Part shown: piece after piece, positions 25,467 through 36,640 of the stretch
How positions within the stretch are numbered: the first letter of the stretch is position 1
How the letters are laid out: every line of letters starts with the position of its first letter
Assembly: GCF_030144855.1 (NCBI RefSeq)
Contig: NC_082722.1
Coordinates: 19,034,001-19,098,000 of the forward strand
Direction: 5' to 3'
DNA from: Hypanus sabinus
Lineage: Eukaryota
Length of the DNA: 64,000 nt
The notes under the pieces: model-generated
The model's input: only the letters and a program-made list of their open reading frames with translations
What the model was told of the DNA's origin: nothing
The model's database searches: none
Translations under genes and position numbers: made by a program

Positions 25467-27288
25467 GTAGGTGAATTGGCCCGTCTTCTGTCAGCGCCAC
25501 GTATACGCACAGTAGAGCTTTATAAATTTATTTTGTTCCATAACATTTGTAGAATACAATAGGGAAGAATGAAACCATCTCTCTGATAACTTTTTATTTT
25601 GAAATATATATCTTAGATGTATTTGAATATTCCTGTTGAATATGCTTCCAGTGTTCTTTGAGGATTCCACACAGTTCGTAACCGGTTGCATTAAGATGCA
25701 CGGTAATTTTAACTAATGGAAGTTAAGCTGTTAATTATAACTCGTGTGACGAATAATTAAATCCAAATCTAAGACGTTTTAGATGTCAAATGTCAGTTTA
25801 CGAGAATAGCGCTGTAGTGCCAATCATAAAATACAGTACATGCACGAATCATTTCGTAACATATATTACATTTGATTTGCACGCACAGTTAGCAGGATTA
25901 AAAATTCAACGAAATCTTGTTTTGGAAAGTCATATGCAGTTCTTAACCCCATTTCACAGCAAAGACCCACACAACCCTGAATAACCTGCAATATAATCAA
26001 ATATAGAAGAAGAAGACCGTGTAGTATCTGGTGCACAAACGAAAATCCAAAAGACACCTTATACTCCACGAGGCTCTGCTGAATGACGGTCATCCTCAAT
26101 TTCAAAGGAAATGCCTGAAACATATAAAAGTACTGCCATCTCCCATTTTGGATTCAAACCAGATACTAAAGACCTCTACCGACATCTTTGGAAGGAGAAA
26201 CAGTTGTCCCTTTCAGATTGAACACCCCTCCCCAGAAAGCAACGCAAACGTTAACTGTTTCTCTTTGCTCTCGAGTTTCCTGATCTACCGTGTTTTTTAT
26301 TTGTCTGTTTTACTTCAGATTTCCAGCAATTCAATGTTCAATGTTCAATGTCGCACTTGGATTCTCCTGTTAGCATATATTAAATCTTCATCGGTTGTAT
26401 ACCCTTCTGTCTACAACTGGAAGCGTCTTCTCGTGTTCCAATAATTACCTTTCCAATTTGAGCGCATAGTTTTACTTTTAGGTAACAATAGCTGCTGCAG
26501 CAACTTTTCATATCACCAAAACAAAGTTGCCATATATAACACTGGCTTCATTATAGTAGAAATCCGTAAACACTTTAATCAGCGTTCGTATCACTTCCCG
26601 AAATGAAGGACTGCTCATACGAGCAATATCTAAGTTGAAGCTGGAACATTCAAGATAAATTTTCTATTGCTGCGTTATTGCTCTGGAATGCTGTCTCATT
26701 GTTTCAACCAAAGCAAATGTTATTTTAACGATTTACAGTAACGGGCATGTCTAATTGCTCTACTTATTTCCATCGTAATGTAATTGATTCACCGTCAAAA
26801 CCAATCAGCTCAACAGCGAGTAAGAGGCCTCTCCCATATTTGCTGCCTTTTTTACGTAAGTTCATCAGTTCTTGCCATTTGTTCACAGCTTCTTAACTTA
26901 AACAATGCGAGTTTAAGGGTTACAGGTTCTAACTGCACCGTGGGGACGAACTCTGCTCATTCAAATTATTTGACGGGGTGTGTGAGAGAAACGGATCGGA
27001 TAAAGCCCATGCACAAAACTTGGAGGAACGTAAGGGATATGACAAAAGAAATGAAACAAAAGAGATTGCCAGAACCGAGAAACCCGTCGATTGATAGGAT
27101 GTTTTTAACTGGTTGTTTGGAAATCTAAAGAAATCGTAGCGATTTTCAGCCTGAAATGGATTTGGTATCCCAGTCCTGTATGATATACGACCAATATTTC
27201 TGTTCACAGACAACATGTTATTCCAACCATTTCAAATACTTTTCTATGATTACATATTCTGAATCAAACTTAGTTCTTGGTCACTGAA

Positions 27289-27760
27289 AGTCATGATGGC
27301 GTGGCCGGAACCTTGCTCAAGATGAGAAGAAAGGCATAAGGGGAAGGAAAATTGCCCAAAATGTTGTCGATGGCTGCATGCTCTGCAGGAAGGCAAAAGC
27401 AAGGAAATGTCAACAAGTAATGGGTGACTTGTCGCCAGAAAGATCTGAACCTGCTGCACCGTTCCAGTTCACAACGGTGGACCTCTTCGGACCCTACCAA
27501 GTAAAATATAACGTTAAGGGAAGAGAAACACTGAAAATGTTGGAAATGTTGAATTGTTCACAGCACTGCAAGCAACAGAGGATGAATGTAAAAACTTCGC
27601 TGCAGTACAACCGGATGGCAACCAGGAGGAGTGTGACTTCAAGCTTAGCCACCTGCAAGGACTGATAAAGAGGCGAAGGAGGTGCATGTTTAGTGGAAGC
27701 GATGGATCCCGCCAGGGGATCAGAAGGACCTTCAGAATCAGCTAAAGGGGCTCGAACTCC
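27289..27760 (+). mobile_element. BEL/Pao LTR retrotransposon integrase fragment
   Basis: HDGVAGTLLKMR...CMLCRKAK...QVMGDLSPERSEPAAPFQFTTVDLFGP. Absent at the aligned position in the other duplication arm. Confidence 0.8.
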
Positions 27761-27863
27761 ACATTTAGATTAAATCTAAATCTGTATCTAAATCCATAGA
27801 TTCCATATTAATCCCATTTCTTAATATCAGTTAGCAGTATTAAATGTGTTTTTTTTCTGGCAG

Positions 27864-27968
27864 GCGGAACAAGCAGCGGTTGAGAATGCCACTGCCTATG
27901 ATTCACTAAATATGAGGGAGAGCACAGGATTTCGCAAAGATCGACAACAAAAAGAGCGCATTATCTAA
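27864..27968 (+). CDS. Gene 1 exon 6: terminal cytoplasmic exon with ITIM-like TAYDSL and premature stop
   Basis: TTTTTTCTGGCAG|GCG, phase 0: AEQAAVENATAYDSLNMRESTGFRKDRQQKERII*. The ancestral frame continues YQVKQTD* to TAG at 27990-27992, aligned with the gene 2 stop. Confidence 0.82.
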   Translation, partial: AEQAAVENATAYDSLNMRESTGFRKDRQQKERII

Positions 27969-28329
27969 TATCAGGTAAAGCAGACAGATTAGTGTGAATA
28001 TGAATTTGCTTTATAGATATAGCACTGTAACAGAGCAGCCCGGCACAACTAGTTCCTACCGCCGAATTACACCCATGTGACCAATTAGCAGACGCACCCG
28101 TTGTCTTTGGAATGCGGGAGGAAGTCAGTATATAAGATCAACATTATCCCAAAGAAGCTCAGTTTACAAACCTGAGCAGACCTTTGACACTGTATCAAAA
28201 TGTAGACAGCAACAGAGCTCTCCCCATTTCACCGAAAATGAACCTGTTACCATTTACAACTGAACGCCTTCGAAATATCATCACCTTTATCTTCAGTGCA
28301 GGTGGACTCCAGCCAGAAGGCATGAAAAT

Positions 28330-28780
28330 TGATCTCTCTAAGTTTTGAAATATTTCATCATTCCGCTTCTCTTTTTTCTCTATTTCCAATTTTGGCTCAC
28401 TTTCAACTCTTCTCTTCTCCCCATCTGCACATCACCTCCACTGGTGCCCCTCCTTCCTATTTCTTCCAGGCTCCACTGTCTCCTCCTATCAGATTCCTTC
28501 TTGCACCCTTTTCCTTTTCTACTCATCACCTTCCAGCTTCTACGTCATTCTAACCCCAGCACCCACACACCTTCTGACTCACCTAGTTTCTCCTATCACC
28601 TGCCATCTTGTACTCTTTCCCCACATCCTTATTCTAGCTTCTGAACCCTTCTTTTGCTGTCCTGATAAAGCACTTCGGACAGAAACGTCGACAGTTTATT
28701 TGCCTTTATACATGCTGCCTTACCTGATGAATTACATCCCCTTTTTTTCTGTATTTCTCAAGACTTCCAGCATCTACAAA
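28330..28780 (+). mobile_element. Penelope-type pyrimidine-rich 3' segment with hammerhead-like motif
   Basis: CTGTC-CTGATAA-N13-GAAACGTC-GACAG at 28657-28694. The orthologous copy in arm B is at 58235-58690. Confidence 0.65.
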
Positions 28781-30660
28781 ATCCACCGACTATCATTTTT
28801 CCCTTGCTTTTACGAATTTAATCTGCAAACGAGGACACACTAAAAATCACGAAACAGGGAATAGCCAATCCTTTTCAACGTCCATTATCAGCTCTATAAT
28901 GAAAACGAATATCTGATAATAACCTAGGAAAAATGAACCAACCGAACATTGGGGTTATCCATGGAAATACCGAACTGTGTCAAAACAGTAACCATACGGT
29001 ATGAATGAACAAAGTGCCAACATTCATTCTGTCAGTTGTGTGATGACAGTGTCTGTATGCATTTGCAGTTTCGTTGGCAGGTGTTACTGAGGAAACACCT
29101 ATAAGGTCTATAGTCTAAACAACGAGACACATATAACACAAAAATGCGCTTGTATTTTGAGTTAGTGAAATATTTTGTACTTTACCTGCTGCTTTAAGGG
29201 GTTACCTATTCTCCCAATTGGATTTTGGTAAAATTCATTTCAAGTAGGCAGAGAAACGCTTATTTTTCTGTGGGACAACACGGGTTCTTGGAGTTGAAAT
29301 ACTATATGAATCAAAAAGGGAAATGTTGAAAAAAATTAACATAAACTTTGTGTAAAATGGCAGAAATCTAAAATTGATTAACTTATGAGTGCATTGCTAA
29401 TTTAATTTACAATTTTTGATACAATTTGTTCAAATCAAAGGATTCTTGATTAACCGCTGATTTTGGAATATTTTCACAGACTAAAAGAAATGGAGCTGAC
29501 AAACTGACTTACGCTGCTCTTATGCTTCCCGATTCCAAAAACACCTGAGCATCCAAACATCAAAACCAACAGACATTGGACGCAGATGTAAATACATCAA
29601 AGAAACTGTGAAGCTGAGAATCCAACTGCAGATTAGAGTTATAGACTATCAATGAGTGCAGCCCCGAGGCATTGCTTCGTTTCATTTCTTGTATCCAGAC
29701 AAAGATTGTTAATTGATATAACATGTATAAGTAGACAAGATAAGCGATCATCTTCACCTTCGACGCTCTTTTGATTTATTTGAGGAAATTATCAGTGGAA
29801 AAAAAAAATAAACGTAAGAAGTTTAAGAATAGGATTGGGAATACGCCATTCCGCCTCTCTCTACTGCCCGGTCGTTCAAGAAGATAACGTCTGATATGGT
29901 CAACCATATTCTCCTCTCCTCTGTTCAACGATATCTCCAGGTACTCCCTCCACAGTCCTCGGAGGATGAAGACAAATCAGAGTTCCGTCATGACCAGAGA
30001 GAGAAAGTTTGTTTACAGGTAAAGAACACCTACGGAGCAGTTATTCGTGCTCATTACATGAACATTCAACAGAGGGAAAAATAGATTTGATGTGAAAAAA
30101 AATTGCAACGTATTCTTGCGATAGCACCACTGTGCCTGAATATTGATCAGTAAATGTCGTATGAAAAAAATCAGTACTCTTCTGTTTCATATACATTCAC
30201 GGCTTGCTACTCAAGTTTAGCTGTAAAATGCAACTGCACTGTCTCATCGTAGTAACAGAAATCCCAGGGCACCCAAAGGGCAAGAGAAATGCATTGTAAC
30301 TTGTGTACCTGTCCCAGACCACATTGAAGGAGAGGAGATATGCACATGGTCACATTAAAGGAGGTCAGGTTTACACTAATCATAATATTTGACGGAAAAA
30401 CGTGGACGTTAGTAAGTAGATTAAGTGTAATCACGTGTTTAGATGGGTACTCTCTAAGAATATGGAGCTTTGCTTAGAGCACCTCAGCGATTAATAACTG
30501 CCCGATTGCCCAATAGAGCAAAATAAATCTGAAATATGCCCAGCATTTATTTGGCCAATATTCAGTAAATTGACGTATTAATTCCGGTTCAGGTAGATGC
30601 ATATGTGACACAACAAGGTGAGCATCGTGTTATAATAATACATTATTGTTGCTCATCAGG

Positions 30661-30854
30661 TCAGCGTGGTTGGTGGATAAGGTGAGGGACTAAGGAAGGT
30701 GGGGAGTTGGTACAGAGAACATTGGCAGTGAAATAAATCCTCTGTCTGATAATGCAAACAACAATCAATTCCTGAAAGAGTTTTGGTAATCCACAGAAAT
30801 TCACAAAAATAATAGAAACGTTCATGCTTTGAAACGAGAGTGGGCCGCTCAGAC
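30661..30854 (-). CDS. Candidate connecting-peptide/TM exon with a Lys, TCR-constant-like
   Basis: AACAG|GT, phase 1. Open frame GLSGPLSFQSMNVSIIFVNFCGLPKLFQELIVVCIIRQRIYFTANVLCTNSPPSLVPHLIHQPR*. The acceptor pyrimidine tract is weak. Confidence 0.45.
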
Positions 30855-31661
30855 CTGTTCTGCTGGATATGCTGGCTGGGATAGGTTTCCCTATGAGAAT
30901 CATTCATTCATTTCCTTCTCCTAGGTCACTTCACATCTCAAATCTCGTCGATTTCTCCACTTTTAAATATTGTTTTGATATTTACTTTCCAGTACAAATG
31001 CACAGTTATATCTTGTTCGTAGTTGACATATCGTTCTACTCTATCTTTCTTATTCATTTCTTCATCCACTCATTAAAAGCAGAAATAGCCGTTTGTCATT
31101 TCTCTGAAGGGCAAAGTCACAAGAGAAGACCAATTTCTCAAACGTGTGAAGTGCTGGTGATATGTTCTAAAGTGCTTTACCGGATGTATTTAGTTTCAGC
31201 TCAGCTCAACATCGTTTCATACCTGTATCATTATTTGCTCGCACTGGAGAATGCACTGCGCAAAAAAAAGTGCTCGCTAATACTGATGCAAAAGGTCACG
31301 TGAGCTACATTTATTTGGAAAAAAATCAGTAGAAGGTAATGAAGAAAGAAAATAAATACAATAATATAAACAATAATGGGTTTAGGGATTTTAAATATTT
31401 GCAAATTGGAAATTCCCGGAATCGTGCATTCGGTTACTGCAATGGCCAGAGGGCGACATCTCTGATAGCTACGCTGTTATGTCGATACGTCCACACTGTC
31501 CCCCTCCCTCAATTCTATCGCTTTGCGCTGTTACAATCTATTTCGAAACACTCCACTACGGGCATACAGTACAATAAACGATAAAATCTATCTTATTCAC
31601 TGAACGTGATTTTGAAGCTTTGCTTCTCAGTTTGTTTCAATTCAGAATTAGAGGACGATAC

Positions 31662-31891
31662 CTCCATTAGAAATGCTTCGGAGAATCACTGAGGATGCAT
31701 TACACGCAAAATGCGTTTCATTAAACATCTTAAATAAAGGTCGCTTTGAACTGTCGTCTGAGCAGCATTAATCCCATGGTTTCGTTTTCTTGGATGATGG
31801 CGATTTCTCCCATTAACTGTCCAATATATATCCTTTAATCCAATTAATAAGACGTATTTGACTGGACCGTTATATATGTCTTTGCAGGAAT
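31662..31891 (-). pseudogene. Candidate degenerate C-domain/hinge exon upstream of the Lys-TM exon
   Basis: TTGCTTATTGCAG|AT ... GGAG|GTATCG, 230 nt. One 1-nt deletion restores phase 1-1. Contains DSCKD, DIYWTVNG, VQSDLYL and NETHFAC. Confidence 0.3.
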
Positions 31892-32767
31892 CTGCAATAA
31901 GCAAATTGGATCAAACCTTTCTCGCTACGCTTCCAAACACTCCTGCAATCCATCCCACTGTCAACAGGTTCGGATATGGCTCAAGTGCGGAGTGAAAGAC
32001 CCGGAAGCGGGTTGATAGTTCACAAAACTTTAATGCGAACAGTGTTAAAGGGAAAACAAAAGAGCAAACGCTATGCCGAACAGGGCTGTTAACTAAAACT
32101 CTGAAACGGGAAACGTAGCCTACACTGCCGCTGAAAAGAAGATCTAAGTATTAAACAAAGACCGCTAGTTTTCAGAATCAGTTGACTCGAAAGTCTAATT
32201 TCTCAAGAAAGATCGTATGCAAACAGGCAGCGAAGCCTTGCTGTGCTCTGTCCATTTCTGGAAAAGCACTACGATGACAAGTATGGAGTTAAATACTATC
32301 ACGATTAGATAATAATTAGCTGTAACGTGCATATTCACAAGCACAGTTGCCGTATCTAGTGTGCTGCCGAATCCGTGGTTGTGACAACCACGAGCCTGGT
32401 TCCATCTATCACCAGTCGCACACCTTTTCACGTTTATATATTGCGCACCTTCCCTCTACAAGCTAAATCTGAGTCTCCAGCTCAAAACAATAAATACCCG
32501 CATGCCTTCACCGACATTGCTTGGCCCACCAAATTTGTCGAGTAATTTACTTTTATTTCAATTATTATTTGACATTTTCAAAGATGTTTGTAAATATTCC
32601 GAGGAACAATGAAGATGATTAGTAATTCACTAGAAACTCAGTATATTTTACTTTAAAGCTTCACGTTTGTATATTTAAATAACACGTTTAGATTGTGTTA
32701 TTTTAAAATAATAATGCTCGATTGTTGCATAAAAACAAGAATTTCTGTTAAATACACAAATTGCTCA

Positions 32768-32938
32768 TTAATGCACAATACCCGCGCTGAGATCGCTATA
32801 CTCTGTCACTTGTTTCCTTATATTTTTCGGTTGTGCATTCTCACTAGGATATCCATCGAGTTTTCATTTCAGACTTTCCTGAACATAGTTAATGGACTTG
32901 TCATTAATGTTTTGTGCCGCTAGCACAGCCTTGTTACT
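32768..32938 (-). pseudogene. Candidate orphan cytoplasmic exon with ITIM-like TEYSDL behind an in-frame stop
   Basis: Strong acceptor TTTTCTTGACTTGCAG|, phase 0: SNKAVLAAQNINDKSINYVQESLK*KLDGYPSENAQPKNIRKQVTEYSDLSAGIVH*. Confidence 0.35.
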
Positions 32939-33019
32939 CTGCAAGTCAAGAAAATTTGTGTAGTGATGAAGGTGCGTCTGTCATTGCGTCGTTCTCATTG
33001 AAAGCACGAATCAAGAAAA

Positions 33020-33450
33020 ATTATGAACACAAAATACTCTGTAGATGCTGCGGTCGAAGCAACACCCACAACACGCTGGAGGAACTTAGCAGATCGGGCA
33101 GCATCCGTGGAAACGAGCAGTGAACGTTTCAGGCCAGGACCCTGCGTCAGGACTGAAGTGGGAGGGGGCAGGAGCCCTATAAAGAAGTTGGGGGAGGGTG
33201 GAAAGGAGAAGGCTGGTAGATGCCAGGTGAGAAACCAGTAAGGGGCAAGATCAAGGGGTGGGGGAGGGGAAGCAGGGAGGGGATAGGCATGAAAGGCGAA
33301 GAAGGAATGTAAAGGGAAAGTATTATGGATAGTAGAAGGAAACGGAACCATGAGGGAGGTGATAGGCAGCTGGAGGAGGAGGCAGAGTGAAACTGGGATG
33401 GGGAAGGGAGGAGGAGGGAATTACCGGAAGTTGGAGAATTCAATGTTATA
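33020..33450 (-). mobile_element. Penelope-type 3' segment with hammerhead-like motif
   Basis: Reverse strand CAGTC-CTGACGC-AGGGTCCTGGCCT-GAAACGTT-CACTG at 33118-33155. Confidence 0.65.
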
Positions 33451-33572
33451 TTCAGGTACTATTATTGTTCTCGCAGAATGTTTGTTTGCAATTTATAGTT
33501 GGATGACAGGCAGGAAGCGGAAGGATCTAAACAGCCAGCGCAAATCCATTGACATTCGAGACAGAAGAATGC

Positions 33573-33614
<42 letters not shown>
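33573..33614. repeat. (CAT)n microsatellite
   Basis: Direct read. It explains the poly-S, poly-M and poly-D ORFs. Confidence 0.97.
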
Positions 33615-34329
33615 TATCAGACATCCCAACGATACTTGATCTGGTATTAGTATTGAAAAGGGGCATGTCAGAGAACTTTGCGTCAGAGGAGACTTTGTAT
33701 GCAATGATCACAATTCCATTATTTTAAAAGTAAAGATGCAAAATGATAGTTCTAGTCCGTAGGTTGATAATCTAAAATGCTGACGGGTTATTTTTGATGG
33801 TGTCAGAAAGTATCTGGCAAGTGTGGCTTAGGACAGGAAATCCTTGTAAAAGTGTACTTGGGAAAAGCAAGGCCTTCAAAAGTGAAATTTTGATAGTGCA
33901 AAGCTTGGATACGCCTGTCCGAAAAAAAGGTAACGATAATTGGTGTTGGGAACCTTTGTTTTCAAGAGATATTGAAGCCCTGTTTATGATAAAAAGCTGT
34001 ATAGCACGTATGAGCATTTAGAAAAAGATGGGGAGCTTATGCAGTATACAAAATGCAAGAGAATACTTAAGAAAGAAATTACGAGGACTAAAAGACTAAA
34101 AGAAGCCACGAGTTTGCCATAGCAGAGAAGGGAATGGACAATCCTAAAAGTTTCTGCAAATATATTAAGGGTAAACGGATTGCAAGGAATCATCTGGAAA
34201 TGGATCATCTGGAAAATTAGCATGGTCATCCATGTATTGAGCTAAAAGGGGTGGAGAGCATTTTATCTGCATTTACTCAGGAGATGGAAACACAGTCAAT
34301 AGAAATATGGCGAAGCTGCTTATTGCAAT

Positions 34330-34560
34330 CTTCAGAATGAAACTCACGACTTCAGGAAAATCAACGTAGCAGCAAAGTTTGATGTTGATAGCATTAAACC
34401 TGCCAGAAAGAAAGCCAGAAAAACTATGGATAGAAGTAATGAGTAATATACAACAGGTGGCGACAAAAAATATTGCTGACAAAAAGAAGACCAGGAAACC
34501 AAAATGGCATTCTGCGGAAGCTCTACAGGTAGCTGAGCAGCAAAAAAGATCAAGTCAACT
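34330..34560 (+). mobile_element. BovB-like RTE LINE, 5' piece
   Basis: PERKPEKLWIEVMSNIQQVATKNIADKKKTRKPKWHSAEALQVAE. The frame continues at about 36660 after an insertion. Confidence 0.7.
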
Positions 34561-34564
34561 CAGG

Positions 34565-36640
34565 TCAAGAGCCTTTTATTTTCATTTCGACCATAACTGC
34601 TGGTACAGGACATAGTAAAAATGAGACAACGTTTTTTCAGGATCATAGTGTTACATGACGCAGTACAAAAAACTAGACTGAACTACATAAAAAAAAACAG
34701 CACAGAAAAAAAACTACACTAGACTACAGACCTTCCCAGGACTGCATAAAGTGTACAAAACTGTGCAGGCATTACAATAAATAATAAACAAGACAATACG
34801 GCGGTAAGGTGTCAGTCCAAGCTCTGGCAATTGAGGAGTCTGATAGTTTGTGGGGAGAAACTGTTGCATAGTCTGGTCGTGAGAGCCCGAATGCTTCGTA
34901 GCCTTTTCCCAGACGGCAGGAGGGAGAAGAGTTTGTATGAAGGGTGCGTGGGGTCCTTCAGAATGCTGTTTGCTTTGCGGATGCAGCGTGTAGTGTAAAT
35001 GTCCGGAATGGCGGGAAGAGAGACCCCGATGATCTTCTCAGCTGACCTCACTATCCGCTGCTGGGTCTTGCGATCCGAGATGGTGCAATTTCCGAACCAG
35101 GCAGTGATGCAGCTGTTCAGGATATTTTCAATACAACCCCTGTAGATTGTGATGAGGATTGGGGGTGGGAGATGGACTTTCCTCAGCCATCGCAAAAAAT
35201 AGAGACGCTACTGGGTTTTCTTTGGTATGGAGCTGGTGTTGACGGACCAGGTGAGATTCTGCGCCAGGTAAACATCAAGAAATTTGATGCTCCTAACGAT
35301 CTCTACCGAGGAGCCGTCGATGTTCAGCGGGGAGTGGTCGCTCCGTGCCCTCCTGAAGTCAACAACCATCTCTTTTGTTTTGTACACATTCAGAGAAAGG
35401 TTGTTGGCTCTGCACCAGTCCGTTTGCCGCTGCACCTCCTTTCTGTAAACTGACTCGTCGTTCTTGCTTATGAGACCCACCACGGTCGTGTCATCGGCAA
35501 ACTTGATGATATGGCTCGAGCTGTGTGTTTCAGCACAGTCGTGAGTCAACATAGTGAACAGCAATGGACTAAGCACAGAGTCCTGGGGGACCGCCGTGCG
35601 CAGTGTGATGGTGTTGGAAATGCTGCTCCCGACTGACTGAGGACTCCCAGTCAAGAAGTCTAGGATCCAGTTGCAGAGGGAGGTGTTCAGGCCCAGTGTG
35701 CTCAGCTTTCCAATCAGTTTCTGAGGGATGATTGTGTTAAATGCTGAACTGAAGTCTATGAACAGCATGAGAAGGTATGTGTCTTTTTTGTCCAGGTGGG
35801 TTAGGCCCAAGTGGAGGGTGATAGCAATGGCGTCATCTGTTGAGCAGTTGGGACTGTACCCAAACTGCATAGGGTCCAGTGAGGGGGCAGCAAGGTCTTG
35901 GTATGCCTCTTAAGGAGCCTCTCGAAACACTTCATGAAGATGGATCTGAGTGCAATGGGACGGTAGTCATTTAGGCAGGGCACTGAAGACTTATTCGGCA
36001 CAGGGAAGATGGTGGCGGCCTTCAAGCAGGTAGGAACGGTGACGCTGCTCAGAGAGATGCTGAAGATGTCAGTGAGAACATCTGCTAGCTCGTTTGCACG
36101 TCTTCTGAGCACTCTACCAGGAATGTGTCTGGTCCAGCAGCCTTCCGTGGGTGGAACCTGCACATGGTTCTTCTCACATCGGTGACGGTGAGACGCAGCA
36201 CCTGGTCATTTGTAGGAGGGGCGGACTTCCTCGCCGCCACGTCATTTCCGCCTCAAAACGGGCGTAGAGGTTATTTAGCGCATCTGGGAGGGAGGCATCA
36301 CCCGCACAGTCAGGTGATGTCCTGTAATTAGTGATGTCCTGGATGCCCTTCCACATGCGCCGCGTGCCTTTGCTGTCCTGGAAGTGGCTGTTGATTCGCT
36401 GGGCGTGTGCATGCTTTGCCCCTCTGATGGCTTGGGACAGTTTGGCCCTTGCTGTTGTTAGGGCTGCCATGTCGCCTGCTCTGAAGGCGGAGTCACGGGC
36501 CCTCAGCAGCGCACGCACCTCCGCTGTCATCCATGGCTTCTGGTTAGCACGTACAGTGATGGTCCTGGACAGAGTAACATCATCAGTGCACTTGCTGATG
36601 TAGCTGGTCACTGATGCTGTGTACTCCTCTAAATTGGTAG
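34565..36640 (-). mobile_element. Rex-Babar LINE inserted into the RTE element
   Basis: [43 protein letters not shown] and LNDYRPIAL motifs. Confidence 0.9.

Larger units (their letters stand above)
24020..31420 (+). repeat. Inverted segmental duplication, arm A
   Basis: Collinear similarity by eye to the reverse complement of about 53990-64000 through introns and exons. The left limit is set by the window end of arm B. Confidence 0.92.

Noticed and set aside
26319-26444. Good acceptor followed by a frame containing VVYPSV
   Set aside because: The aligned gene 2 sequence has stops in every frame and shifting indels. The 44-nt exon already links TM to the terminal exon.
29896-30084. ORF with NTYGAV and HYMNI Tyr motifs, and an AG|GTAAAG site
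   Set aside because: The frame is not conserved in arm B and it lies beyond both gene 1 stops.
33462-33727. ORFs with poly-Ser, poly-Met and poly-Asp
   Set aside because: Translations of the (CAT)n microsatellite.
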